DNA from: Octopus vulgaris
Lineage: Eukaryota
Assembly (NCBI GenBank): GCA_951406725.2
Contig: OX597826.1
Span: 74,586,001 to 74,650,000, forward strand
Length of the DNA stretch: 64,000 bases
Direction of reading: 5' to 3'
A program made the translations under genes and the position numbers. Positions 28,179 to 41,835 of the stretch are shown in pieces; the first letter of the stretch is position 1; each line of letters opens with the position of its first letter. The notes under the pieces were generated by a model. It worked only from the letters and a program-made list of their open reading frames with translations. It was not told the DNA's origin and ran no database searches.

Positions 28179-28949
28179 TGTTGTCACTGCGTTTTGCATT
28201 GAGCAAGCAAAGGCTGAAGGGAAGTAAGGTTTTAAAGTGGTGTAATCATCAACGTCGGATTAAAATTGCTTACCGGTTAAATTCTTGGTTATTATCATAT
28301 TATCATAATCTACTTTACTTTTGCTGTACCTCTGCGTTAATTAATTAATTTTTTTGTGAGAGGGCGGGAGGGGTTGTCAACATTTTGCAATTAACAAAGC
28401 TTCTTTAGTTTAATCTCTCTTTTTTTTTTTAAAAAAAAGTCCCATTGTGGGACGAGGGCTAATTTTATATTTTGGCGCCTTGTGGTAAATTTCCATTCAC
28501 TAAAATAGCTATAAATAAGGAAAACAATTTAAACAAAAGTTACTAAGTGATGTTCAGTAATGTTTGTAGGCCAAGCTGCCGAATGTACAGAGAGGATCGT
28601 GACGGCATCTTTGGACTGATGCCTATGATACGACATCTTTGTTAATTCCACAGTCTGCCTCTGTTATCACATCTAGTTTGTTTTTTTTTTTACCTGCATT
28701 CTTATCACCTTTGTTCATACGGTACTGTGTTGTTATTTCTTATTCTTAGATAGTCAAAACATATCTTTGAAACTTAGTAGACAAGAATTCTTGAACCAGA
28801 TGTGTGAGTCTACTCTATCCACATATCTTACTGTCACCCAGGAGCTTTTCAATAACAAATCCATGCCTACAGACAAACTTTGACCGGCTTTATTATAGAA
28901 TGGCTAAGCAATTTCCCAGAGTTAGAATCTCTGGTCATCAGCCGAAGCG

Positions 28950-29195
28950 TATCCAAAGGCTATCTCAATCAGTGCTACACCTCGGCCTCCGTTCAGTTGT
29001 CTTAATTGGACTTTGTAAATATTATGGTGGTGCGCAGCGACACATTCTCCAGCTCCAACTTCGTAGCATCTGTTGCAAACCCTGGTCTCGCCGCCCTTAA
29101 TGCGGAGGAGAGAAAAATCAATAGATACAGGGGATCTGGCCGGCTGCTATCAGTTTGTACCGGTTGCCGCCGGAACGGCAGGTGTTCTAGGATAC
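28950..29195 (+). mobile_element. Decayed CRE-like RLE non-LTR retrotransposon C-terminal fragment
   Basis: DTFSSSNFVASVANPGLAALNAEERKINRY / LAGCYQFVPVAAGTAGVLG (one frameshift) resembles the CRE-clade motif DTFA.S...PG.AA..AE..K..KY..L...Y.F.P.AVET.G..G. Confidence 0.6.
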
Positions 29196-29605
29196 CACAC
29201 CACCGATTTCCTCTCCAAAATTTTCTTTTTCTTTCTTTTCTCTTTTTTTTCTTTGTACCTTAATGGTTGGATCCCGGAACCATATGGTTGGTAAGCTAGC
29301 TCCTTACCACACAAATATATTTATGTATATACGCATATATTGTGGATGGGATACATCATCATCATCATCATCTCGATTTTACGACCGCCTTTCCAAGTGG
29401 ATGTGGATTTGAAGTGTTTTTTCTGAGGCAGTGTTTTGCAGCCGGATGTCCATCTTGTCATCAACTCTTCTAATTCAGATAGTTACCTGATACACTACGC
29501 AGGGACGCACGTTTTAAATCTAAGACAAGCACAGTACTCACACACAAAACACACACACACACTGACACGAACATGAGCACGATCACACATATATGAATGT
29601 GCATG

Positions 29606-29639
<34 letters not shown>

Positions 29640-29828
29640 TATGGTGAAGAGCCGATAGGTGAAAATCCCCGAAGTAGAAATGGTATTGTACTGTATAGTT
29701 TATTTCTATTTTTATAATTCCTACATATTTTGTTATAAATGCAAAACAATACCGCAGAAGAATCGACACAAGCTTAAACAATAAACCGTGATGAGTGAAC
29801 CGCGATATGGAGAGGAATTACTCTATAT

Positions 29829-29972
<144 letters not shown>

Positions 29973-30715
29973 TGTATGTATGTATGTATGTATGTATGTA
30001 TCGGTTGTCAAGTAGCAGGAAACAAATACGACAATCACACTCACACACAGATATAGATATACATACATACACACACAGACACATACACACACTTACACAC
30101 ACACACACACACACATTCATGTGTGTATGTGTATGTGTTTGTGTATGTACATATATATATCTGTAGGTATAGACAGACACGACAGTCAATCCTACGCACA
30201 TGTTCTTTTAACCGCCATTTATACACGTCACGAAGCGTGTGTTCACTCGCGCGCGCGATTGTGTGTGTGTGTTAGAAGAGAAAGACAGTGTTATAAGTTG
30301 TGATAGTACAAGATTTACACGTGTGTACTTTCCTTCCCCCTACCCTCCTCACCCTTTACCCCTCCTCCTCCTCCTCCGCCTTCCCCACCTCCTCCTCCTT
30401 CGCCTCTCACTTTACATGACTTATGAATGAAATTATGTTAATATCCATCTATCTCAACTGGTTGGTCGAGACGGTCCCACCTCTGCCGCAATTCTTTCAT
30501 TGCTCTGTGCCAAATACAAAACTATTTCACCAAACAGACCGAATACAGTTACAGGCATCACAGAAATAAACACACACGAGTTATTGCGAAGTAATAATAC
30601 TTTATACGAAGGCCTCAACTTGCTAGAAATAGCAACTAAATTTACCTTATTGCCTTAAAAATGAGATAATCCAGTCCTAAATAAAGCACGCCTGATAAAA
30701 CAGTATTGTCTACTC

Positions 30716-31160
30716 GGATCTTTTCGGTTTGAACGGCAGTTTTTTAAAATAATTTCCACGTTACTAAACACTTTTAAACTTCGTATACTGGTAGAATGTA
30801 TTTATAAAACATCTTTTTCTCTTGGCTTTATTGAGACAATTCTATATTTTGTAAGATATTTGTTGTTGTTTTTTTCTTCAATTTCTGCAATTTCAACCAA
30901 TCATTGACGTCTATTGAGGTGAAAACATTCTGTGCCGTATGAATATGTCCCTCGTTTAAGAAACAGATTAGGTTTATTTACATTTCTGAAGAAAAAAAGA
31001 TATCCTTCCCCCCAACCCCTAACCCCTAACCCTAACTCTAACTCTAACCCTAACCCTAAAACAGATTGAAATGCAATAGATCGGTACTAGGGTCATAATT
31101 ATGGGTGACAATTTCATATGACACCGCTAGAAAAAACTGCCGTTCAAACCGAAAAGATCC
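30716..31160. mobile_element. 445-bp MITE with about 29-bp TIRs and internal telomere-like (TAACCC)n
   Basis: TIRs ggatcttttcggtttgaacggcagttttt / aaaaactgccgttcaaaccgaaaagatcc; degenerate taaccc array at about 31013-31058. Confidence 0.88.
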
Positions 31161-31221
31161 CAGTTGCTTAAAAAAAACATAACACAAAGGTAGTTATCGG
31201 TGATACAACATGATAAATAAA

Positions 31222-31443
31222 TACGAAGGGGAGCTGAAAAGTCCCCTGCTTTAATGGTATCACGAAAGGTCCGATTACAGACCCAGCCTTCCGAGTTCTT
31301 TTTCAGGGCTTAGAAAAGCCGAAGGACCGCTGCAATGAGTGTGTGAACCCAAGAGGGTGGAATGTGTTGAATTAAATCATAATTAATTGATCCTCCTGTA
31401 TTTTCTTTTACCCAAAGTCAGGAGCGTTTCAGCATCACCCCCG
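31222..31443 (+). mobile_element. Mariner-derived MITE
   Basis: Degenerate TIRs tacgaaggggagctgaaaagt... / ...tttcagcatcaccccc. The internal 'GLEKPKDRCNECVNPRG' resembles a mariner transposase C-terminus (RW.KC....G.YVE). Confidence 0.7.
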
Positions 31444-31544
31444 GGGATAGCATTTACACGTTTGTTGATTTCGTTGCTGGTTCTGGGTATTTCCTTTAAT
31501 ATCGCAAATGGAGGCCAATATTATATAATATTATACTATCTTTT

Positions 31545-31942
31545 TTTTTTTACATGTTACAGTCAATAGACTGTGGTCACACTGGGGGCACCGCCTTGCT
31601 GAATTCCTTGGCGGATGAATCGACCCAAACACTTTTCTTTTTAAAGGCCTAGTACCTATTTTACCAGCCTTTTTTGCCGAATCACTACGTTACGGGGACG
31701 TAGACACACCAACACCGGCTGGGCAAACACAGACACAAAGACACACACATACGCACGCACACTCGCACACACATACACTCAAACACACGTATGTATATAC
31801 GAGAGGCTTCTTTCAGTTTCCGTCTACCAAATCCACTCACAAGGCTTTTGGTCAACCCGAGTCTATAAAGGAAGACACTTGTCCAAGGTGCCACGCAGTG
31901 GGATTGAACCTGGAACCATTTGATTAGGGAGCAAACTTCTTA
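31545..31942 (-). mobile_element. SINE family A, near full length (followed by a degenerate + strand copy to about 32290)
   Basis: Collinear with 2766-3183. Confidence 0.85.
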
Positions 31943-32066
31943 CATACATACAGATTATCTGACTGTTTTAGGTTCAGTGTCCACTGCGCAGCACCTTGGT
32001 AAAGCTTCTTCCTGGACAGCCCGGGGCGGTCCATTGGCTTGTGAATGAAACTGTGGGGAAGATCGT

Positions 32067-32115
<49 letters not shown>

Positions 32116-32376
32116 ATGTGGCTTTGTGTTTGCCGCCTAACAACCGACGTTGATCTGTTTGCGGCCTCGTAACTGAGCAATTCAACAAAAAAAGTTGAGT
32201 TAATTTCTGGTACAAATTTGAGCGATTAAACACTTTCAAAACGTTGCCCCAGCATTGCCACAATCCAATGAGTGAAACGTGTGAAAGAAAGAAAGAAAGA
32301 AAGAAAGTACATAAAACAGGCATACAACAGACTGACAGACAGACAGACTGACAGACAGGCAGACAGACAGACATAC

Positions 32377-32512
<136 letters not shown>

Positions 32513-32794
32513 GGATGGATGGATAGATATTAGCGTCGTTTCCTGCTTGAATGCAAGGCATTCAATGCATGCCCTAATTGAATGCAAATACCCGAAATAA
32601 TCTTAACGTGAATCTTTCATGTCTGGGGAAGATAGCTGGGAAGACGATATTGCATCTTCTCCGTTTCAGTTATATTGCCTTGATTTTTAGAATTGCTTTC
32701 TCCCTCCTAAGCACAAACATATATATGTTTACATATATTCATAGATGCACATATAGATATGAATATAAATATAAACATATATATATATAAACGT

Positions 32795-34033
32795 AGGGCT
32801 CCTACACCGATGTCATCTATCTTGATTTCAGCAAGGCATTTGACAGGGTTGATCACAAGATTCTATTGAAAAAACTACACAACATTGGTGTCTCTGGAAA
32901 GTTACTACGATGAATCAAATGTTTCCTGACTGACAGAACCCATCACGTTGTAGACGAAGGAGTAAAACCAAGCCCAGCCAAAGTCAGTAGTGGTGTTCCA
33001 CAAGGCACTGTGTTGGGCCCACTTCTTTTCATCATCTACATTAATGACATTACTGACATCATCAAGCACAGCAACATAAGAATCTTTGCAGATGATTCCA
33101 AGCTCCAGAAGTTTATCAATGAAGTGGATGATCGGACATACTTTCAGTCTGACCCACTGGCTATTATTCAATGAGCTGAAAAGAAGAATATGTCGCTGAA
33201 TGAGGACAAATTTGATTTAATCCACTTTGGAAAATGGATACCCTGAAACTCTCGTACTTCCTTCTTTCAGGTGATACTCTCATGGCATCCATCAACATCA
33301 GAGACTTAGGAGTAATTGTAGACAACATAAGCTGGGCTACTCACATGAACAGCAAAGTTGACATGGTCCGCACAAAGTGCTCCTGGATTATCAGAACTTT
33401 TCAGTCGAGAGATATCCACACCATTATCCTTCTCTTCTCCACTTTTGCTTGACCACACCTTGAACATTGCTGTTCACTCTGGTCTCCTCACACGAAACAA
33501 AGCACGATGAAAGTTGAAGCACCCCAAAGGTCAATTACAAAAAAGACAGATGGCACAATAGGCCTTGATTATTGGGGTCAACTAGAAAAGCTCAAGCTTT
33601 ATTCTCTTCAACGTCGCCCTGAGCGCTACATCATCTGCATGATGTGGAAAATATTCCATCAGCATTGCCCATATGATGTCGGCATCACCTTTAAGGTACA
33701 CCAAAAGCTTGGGCCATGTGCTATCCGTCCACCACATAACTCACACTCGCATCTCATGATAACAATATGGCACAATTATTTCACCTCAATTGGCATTACA
33801 CCAAAACACACTAAAACAGAAACAGACCTCATAAAGTTTAAAGAAGTCTTTGGACAAATTCCTTCAAGAAACCCAGGATAAACTTCCTACACTTGGATAT
33901 GTCTCTGTAATCAATAACTCTTGACTTGAGTGGGCCATGGTGTCCGAATCCTGATTTGAATGGCTTTGCTAGGTGGTGCTATTAAGTTAAACATGGCCTG
34001 TGCCAACACAGCTGAAACCTATCAAAGTATCAT
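32795..34033 (+). mobile_element. 5'-truncated, decayed CR1-group LINE (reverse transcriptase + 3' UTR)
   Basis: Translates to DVIYLDFSKAFDRVDH...SGVPQGTVLGPLLFIIYIND...IFADDSKL, later IRDLGVIVD and LEKLKLYSLQRR. Stops and frameshifts are present; ends in a short tatcaaag-type tail. Confidence 0.95.
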
Positions 34034-34044
34034 GTATATATATA

Positions 34045-34115
<71 letters not shown>

Positions 34116-34277
34116 GTATATGTATATATATATATGTATATATGTATAAGTATATGTATAGCGAGAGAGAGAGAGAGAAAGAGAGAGGCGGGGGAGAGAG
34201 ATAGACAAACAGATAGATAGATATGTATGTATGTGTATGTGGTTCAATTGTCCAATCATACCAATATATGTATTATA

Positions 34278-34334
<57 letters not shown>

Positions 34335-35054
34335 TAAGTATGTGGGTAATTTTGATAAAACTTGACATGTGAGTAGAACTCATATCTTGAAACCTCATAG
34401 CATACTCAGATTGATGAAAAAAAAAAACGATAATAGGGCCCCTGGAAGGGATCCTTATATATAGCCAAGGGAAATAACCCACTGATTTTCCTAAATTATT
34501 TGGTATAAATCAAATTGAATATGCTTATTTCTTAGTATTTGAACTGTTCGTGTTATTTTCGCAATTTATCCAGTACAACGCTTAAACAAATAAATAGTAT
34601 TTTCCTACACAATAGCTCTACTTATTTCGGTTAGGGACTTATTCACAAATATACCAACACTAGAGCCGCTGAGGGTAATATTCTCTGGAAACGCACAAAA
34701 CACCTTTTTCAAAGTTATTTACTTTGAATTGTTATTATCTCACATCTGATTAGCCTGTTATTACGTAACATGCTTCGCGATTTTAGTATACATACTTTAT
34801 TAGTATTTACTCCTAAGTTCTATATAATCTGGGAACGTATTAAAACCCTTTTCGGGGCTACCTTATTTGTATTCTAACTATCGTGTAACTAATTTCATAA
34901 CTGACTTCACAATTTGGGTATTCATAACTTACAAACAAGATCCTGTGTAAGACAGTTCGCTGTTCTCTGTAAATGCACAAAAACCGTTTTAAGGGCTACA
35001 TATTTTGTATTGTTTTTATTGGATTGGCGAAGCAATTATGGGAACGGAACCAAG

Positions 35055-35087
35055 CTTTCCCCGGAATTACCGGGTACGTCAGCTAGT
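35055..35087 (+). mobile_element. Helitron-like 3' terminus
   Basis: Hairpin cccgg-aatta-ccggg (35060-35074), then 8 nt, then CTAG|T (35083-35087). The 5' boundary is not resolved. Confidence 0.55.
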
Positions 35088-35090
35088 ATA

Positions 35091-35140
<50 letters not shown>

Positions 35141-35207
35141 CTTTATTAAATGCAATATCTCCATTTTCCTATACATATATACATATATATATATAAATAC
35201 ATATATA

Positions 35208-35292
35208 TTTCCTTTCTTTCCTGAGCGTCCAATAATACTTTATTTGTTCCACATCCTTGCGTTGTTGTTTTTTTGTTTTCTTGTTTGGATTA

Positions 35293-35298
<6 letters not shown>
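35208..35298 (+). mobile_element. 3' fragment of the HHR-bearing family seen at 40631 and 58630
   Basis: ttcctgagcgtccaataatact...gtttggattaacttta is shared; flanked by (TA)n. Confidence 0.8.
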
Positions 35299-35362
<64 letters not shown>

Positions 35363-36257
35363 AATGCGCGCGCACATATGCATACATAGGGGTGGCATAA
35401 TTTAAATAAATTGCAACAGGATTTAAAGAATTCTTTTATTTTTATTTTTATAATTGCGTTAATTACAGAAACAACTTTATCTTCCTTCATCAGAGCCAGA
35501 AAATACTTTGGCGCTCACCCCACTTTTAACAAGAACTATCAAACTTCTAGAATCAACAGATAAGATCCACATTAAATATTGCTCTAATCACTTCCAACCC
35601 TTCCCTCCATGCCTCCCGCATCCAGTCTAAACAGACACCTGATTCCTTGGAACGTAGTCGGTCGCAAATGGAATCTAATACTCATCCACGAGCATGCTCT
35701 CTCCTCACACGGTTTGTTTTACCTTCGCTGCATTCTCCGGCATACAAGTCAACATAGTATGCAATGTAAACATGGAGCGTAAATATTCAGACATCATCCC
35801 TATCTTTCCAAATCTTACTACCTTTCACATGGAATTTTTGGTCCTCCAATGTCGTCTAGATGCGTATATCGACTTAACGTAATTTGGCAGTAAATTTGGG
35901 CCTGGAAAACTTGACTTTTATGCCGGTAAATACGGCACTTTCAGTGGCCTGTGTTTCTGAAAGATGGCTGGCCTCGTAGCTCGACTACGCAGGCTTTTTC
36001 ATTTCACTTATCGTGTCTCCCTGTACTTCTCGGCATCTATTGGCAACCATCTTTCCTGGCCTCGCATTAACCATTGCTCTTTCACCTAACTCCCTGCAGA
36101 ATGTTATTTCTTTGGTACCCCATCCTTATAAACGTGTCTTTCTTGCAGCCGTGGACTTGCAGTTGATTCAAGTGTAACGTTAACCGCAACAATCTCACCG
36201 GCCTTAGGGTGTGCCGTCGGGAGAACGAAACCATCGGCCCTTGGGTCACTGTGTTTT

Positions 36258-36306
<49 letters not shown>

Positions 36307-36336
36307 GATTGACGGCCGACACTCGCGTTGTTACAA

Positions 36337-36560
36337 GGCGCGTGCGTTATATTTCTGAATCTGTCGAAGAATGTGTCCTTGAGCAAGGCTCCTCATTTTA
36401 CGTTGCCGCAGTCCACTCAGCTGACAGATGGGTCCCAACCTTATGCTGGTTCGGCCCTCTCTCTTTCTGTTTCTAAACGATACACCCGGAATGTTCGGGT
36501 GGATAAAGAAAATGTGCGGGGGCGAAAGTTTGTCCATGTTTCACTGATGGCTACATTGGC
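36337..36560 (+). mobile_element. SINE family D-related, diverged
   Basis: gtgtccttgagcaagg...cagtccactcagctg. Confidence 0.6.
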
Positions 36561-36593
36561 GCATATAACAAATAGCTGAAGACTCGCTCGTTT

Positions 36594-36626
<33 letters not shown>

Positions 36627-36730
36627 GTGGGGGAGGAGGAGGAACAGTTGTAGCAGTAGCAACATTCATTCATATTGTTCGAATGCGTTTGTAATATAGA
36701 TTGAAGTGTGCTACGTGACATTACATACAG

Positions 36731-36765
<35 letters not shown>

Positions 36766-37083
36766 GACCTTTTAGAGGTCAAGTAAAGGTGAAGGATAAC
36801 AAAATAGAGAAGCAACATTTCTTTTTTTTTTTTTTTGCTCTTCTTGCTGATGTAATTAATGTTGTTGTTATTGTTGTTGCTGCTGCTGCAGATGATGAGG
36901 ATGATGATGGTGGCGGTGGTGGCGGTGCTGTCGGGTAGATGCCGATGCTGCTGCTGCTGCTGCTAATGGTATGAAGGAAGAAGATATGCGGTGGTGGCCT
37001 GATATTGACGTCCGCCGCATCGGTTTCCTCTGCTTTATTCCTTTGGATGACTGCTATAGTAAATATGAGCAAGTGTGTTGCGT

Positions 37084-37124
<41 letters not shown>

Positions 37125-37133
37125 TATGTACAT

Positions 37134-37168
<35 letters not shown>

Positions 37169-38956
37169 CACATATATACTTACATATACATATATATATA
37201 TATATATATATACACTCATACATAAATATATGTATATATACGCATACATACAAGTTATATATATTTATACATGTGTATATACATATGCATATATAGGTAT
37301 GCTTATATGTATGTACACATGCATAGACACATGTATGTATGTACGTGCGTACGTACTACGTATATATGTTTGTATGTATGTATATATATATATATATGTA
37401 CGTATGTATGCGTATGTGTACACCCTGCGGTGTAGATCTAATAGAGAAATCAGAGTATCAAATGGCATATATGTCTGTGAATATAAATGAAGTTGGGTCG
37501 GTGTATATGTGACTGTGTATATATAACTGTATATTGTGTAAATAGAGTATACATTTGATACGTACACACAGACGTACATACTTGGATTTGTATATATAAA
37601 CACACACATATATATGAGTGTATGCTTGTGTGTGCGTGTGTATGTGTGTATGTATGTCTGTCTTATCGTTCAATAGCCACTATGTGAACTATAAACTTTT
37701 ATTTTCCCTCCTTGTTACCTGTAAGCGCTTTGACCTCACTCTAATTTTCTGTTCTACTTTATTTTTTATTTGCTTTTACTGTCTGCTAAGTATCCATTAT
37801 TTATTTTGTCCCTTCTCGTGTTTGCCTCAAGCAAAAAAATGCTAATTGTTTTCCATGATCTTCTTGTTAATTTGATAGTCTTAAATATTTGTTGCACACT
37901 ATTCATCGTACATTTTCGTGTACATGTTGTCCTCTTCTTTCATGATTCCTTAAATACACTGTTTCACTTTTCATTTTTCCAACTTATTGTTATCGTTCTG
38001 TTTTCAGTACACCATTCTATGAAGAAATTTTCAAAAAAAAAAAAAAAAATTAGCAGATTTAAGCTAGCAATCCCATTGCTAAACGTGTCGAAATTGCCAT
38101 GTACTTTTGGTAATAGCAGATGAAGGGAGTTTTGTGTTCTTTTTGCCTTTCAATGACTTATTTCTTTGGCTTGATCTCTTCGCTTAATTTTTCATACATA
38201 CATAAATACACACACACACGCAGACATACACATATATATAACTGTGGTGGGGGCACATGTGTTGGAAGGGGGAAGAGGGGAAATTCTTGTGTCATTTTCA
38301 AATCATAAGTTACAAAACTAAATACTGTAACTTACTTCCGCTTCTATCGTAATATCATGAAGATAACGATGATGATGATGATGATGATGATTATGATTAT
38401 GACGATGATGATAAGGAGGAGGGGGGAGGAAGAAGGAGAATGGAGAAGGGGAGTGGAAGAATAGATGGTTGAGAGTAATCGCAACGTTAACACTGATGAT
38501 TATATATTCTCACACTACAAACGATTTCTAGCTTTTCCTTTTCTTTAAAAGGAATCTATTTGATAATTTGGGACCCTACCGCACTGTTGGTTCGTTGAAA
38601 GAAATCCTGGTTTGTTACGGCTGGAATAACTTTCATCCTAAATCGATTTGTGGGGTTCAGCAACATCAACACCTGGCGAGAGAAGCTGATCACACAATCC
38701 TCAAACCGGAAGTGTACGCCTCTTCTAGGTTTCCGTACATGCTTGGACGCTCGCTGCGATTGAAGTCATGAAACGATGATTAATCCATTGTCCTGTCATT
38801 ATAATAAATATCTACATTGAATGGAAACAACATTATATTGTACAGATAGCAAAAAAGATATTTTAATATAACTTTACACGGTTTTAATTGACTCTTACGT
38901 CATAAAATATTGGGACTTTGACATTAATATACCTACAAAATGCACACACAGACACA

Positions 38957-39010
<54 letters not shown>

Positions 39011-39392
39011 CATACATACATACATACATATATTTATACATACACACACACACACACGCACATACACATGTATATAACGCCTTTTTGCGGCTTATCAACA
39101 TCACATATGTATGTGTGTACGTACGTACGTATGTATGTAAGCATGTATGTATGTGTATGTATGTATGTATGTATGTATGTATGTATGTATGTATATATAT
39201 ATATATGTATTTATGTATGTATGTATGTGTGAATGTATGTATGTGTGTGTATGTATGTATGTATGTATGCAAATATATATATATGTATGTATGTGTATGT
39301 ATGTTTGTATATATATATATGTATGCATGTATGTATGTGTGTATGTATGTATGTATTTATGTATGTATGTATGTGTGTGTATATATGTAGGT

Positions 39393-39650
39393 ATTCTTTT
39401 ACTTGTTTCAGTCATTTGACTGTGGCCATGCTGGAACACCGCCTTTGGTCGAGCAAATCGACCCCAGGATTTTTCTTTGTAAGCCTAGTACTTATTTTAT
39501 CGGTATATTAGGCCGAACAGTTAAGTTACAGGGACGTAAACACACCAGAATCAGTTGTCAAGCGATGGTGGGGGACAAACAGGCATACAAACATATACAC
39601 ATGTCACGCAGTAGGACTGAACCCGGAACCATGTTGTTGGGAAGCAAGCT
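39393..39650 (-). mobile_element. SINE family A with internal deletion
   Basis: The 3' half matches 2766-2960 and is joined to a head fragment. Confidence 0.85.
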
Positions 39651-40697
39651 GAAAATCAGATATGAGAAACAACTCAGTGTGACGGGCCAATAGTATGAAT
39701 CCGAACATCAGACACGAATGAAGCTAGTATGACGTTAAATGATAAACAGGACGAAATCTGGATTTAGTGAAATTATGTTCACTTCCAGAGTAGATAAACA
39801 AACGCCTAGTGGAGACGAGTACGCAACTTCCATAGGCGCCAAAAGCGCAGCAGCTGTTCGACGTTTCACCCGAACCAGCCATAAGACGTAGGTACATACA
39901 CATTAAGAGTAGAGAACATTTATAGTATGACATACATACATGCATGCATATATACATACATACACACTCACTCACACACGCACCACACGCACGCACACAC
40001 ACATACATACATACATACATACATACATACTTACATACATACATATACGTACAGACATACGTACAGACATACATATACGCACAGATATACATGCATTCAT
40101 ACTTATACACGCATACATAAATTACATTCATGCATACATACATGCAGAAATACATGCATACGTACATGCATGCATACACGCACATACATACACACACGTA
40201 CACACACATACACATACATAAATACATATATACATGCATACATACAAGCATGCATACACACAGACACATACATGCACACACATGCATACATACATAATAC
40301 ATACATACATACATACATGTATGCATGCATACAGTTATTTTTCAACCATATAATGACCCACATGCTTCTCCCGGACTATTTTTTTCTCCTCTCTTTGGGT
40401 CTTTTCCACTTTCTGACGAAGATCCATCACCGAAACGTCACGCTCCCTCATTTTTTTCCATTTTAAACTTTCTTTGAATTTAATATATTCATTGTACACA
40501 TCCTTTTGACCTTTGTTGTGTTCCCTTGTTTTTTGTTTCTAATTTTGATTACATCCATCCAACCATACATCCATACACTCATCTGCCCATCCATAAATAC
40601 ATACATACATGCATGCATGCATATATATGACCGCGTGTGTACCGTTAGCGATTTTTTCCCCTCTGTCTTCCCTTCTCTGGATCTTTCCTTTTCCTAT

Positions 40698-40732
40698 GTT
40701 TCCGACGAAGAGCTCCGCTCGAAACGTTAAAC
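40698..40732 (+). ncRNA. Minimal type I hammerhead motif with variant core (CCGACGA)
   Basis: Stem I gttt/aaac, core CCGACGA plus extra A, stem II GAGC-tcc-GCTC, GAAAC-GTT. Confidence 0.6.
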
Positions 40733-40823
40733 CCCTCCTTCTTTCCTTCTTTCCTGAGCGTCCAATAATACTATATTTGTTCCACGTCCTCGTGTTGTTG
40801 TGTTTTTTTCTTTGTGCTTTCTT

Positions 40824-41045
40824 AGTTAGTTAGTTAGTTAGTTAGTTAATTTGGCTCAAAAGCAAATAGCAAGGCCATGTAGGGGGACATGGAGTTAAGT
40901 ACAGGGTGGTGTTCATGTAAAGAGTTCAGGCCACTTGAGGTCAAGGGAGGCTTTGAACAAAGCGGTCGTCGGCATCTTCACCATCTCGTCTGGCAGATTG
41001 TTCCACGGATCCGCAACCCGGACGGAGAAAGCTCCTCTTCTTCGA
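40824..41045 (-). mobile_element. CR1-type LINE 3' end with (TAAC)n tail
   Basis: The minus strand encodes RGAFSVRVADPWNNLPDEMVKMPTTALFKASLDLKWPELFT*, matching the CR1 ORF2 C-terminal FS.RV...WN.LP...FK..LD motif. Confidence 0.9.
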
Positions 41046-41677
41046 GATTTGGATTAACTTTATATATACATATATACTCGCACACGCACACACATATGGT
41101 GTCTATATACGTTTTATGTCAGAGTATCCCTCTCCTAGAAGGATACTTTAACAACAGCTGACGGGGAGGGGATCATCCCCGCTGGTTTTGCTATGCACCA
41201 TGACACTAAGCAGGTTTTGTTTTTTTGCGTCCCTCCACTCAAATGGATTGTCATCAGATGTGATTTTTTGTCAACTTGCTTCGGCCTATCACTGGATGCT
41301 AATCACAGAAACTCAGAGAGTGATGGCGCTGGAGTCGTAATAATCCAATGACGTACAGAAGTGTCTTTATGGTGACGTCATTTGTCATTTCGTCTACTGA
41401 AAGTCTTATGGCGATCGAAGACTGGCGACGTGTACAGACATGACCACTTGGAAACGCACAATAAAACTACAACTTTCGCATTTTACTGAGAGGTCATGGA
41501 CGGAAAGTCAGAAGTAGCATTGACAACGAAGAAGCACAAGGAAACGGAAATCAACGGTGAAAATGGAGCAATCTTTTTGCATGTATGTGCGCCCGTGTGT
41601 GTGTGTGTGTGTGTGTGCGTGCGTTGTGTGTGTGCGTTGTGTGTGTGTGCGTTGTGTGTGTGTGCATTGTGTGTGCG

Positions 41678-41723
<46 letters not shown>

Positions 41724-41734
41724 ATTTATATATA

Positions 41735-41835
41735 CGTCGCCCTTTTCAAGCCTAGCCAGGCTCATGGGCCCGGTTTCCCGGTTTCTGTGGCGTATGTGTT
41801 CCCTCCAGCTGGATGGGACGCCATTCCATCGCAGA
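41735..41835 (-). mobile_element. SINE family C 3' fragment
   Basis: Matches 12688-12790. Confidence 0.85.

Larger units (their letters stand above)
40631..41062 (+). mobile_element. Non-autonomous PLE-type HHR element interrupted by a CR1 3' end
   Basis: Matches the uninterrupted copy at 58630-58818; the host resumes with tttggattaacttta after the insert. Confidence 0.85.

Noticed and set aside
31013-31058. Telomere or chromosome-fusion scar
   Set aside because: The array is short, degenerate and internal to a TIR-bounded element.
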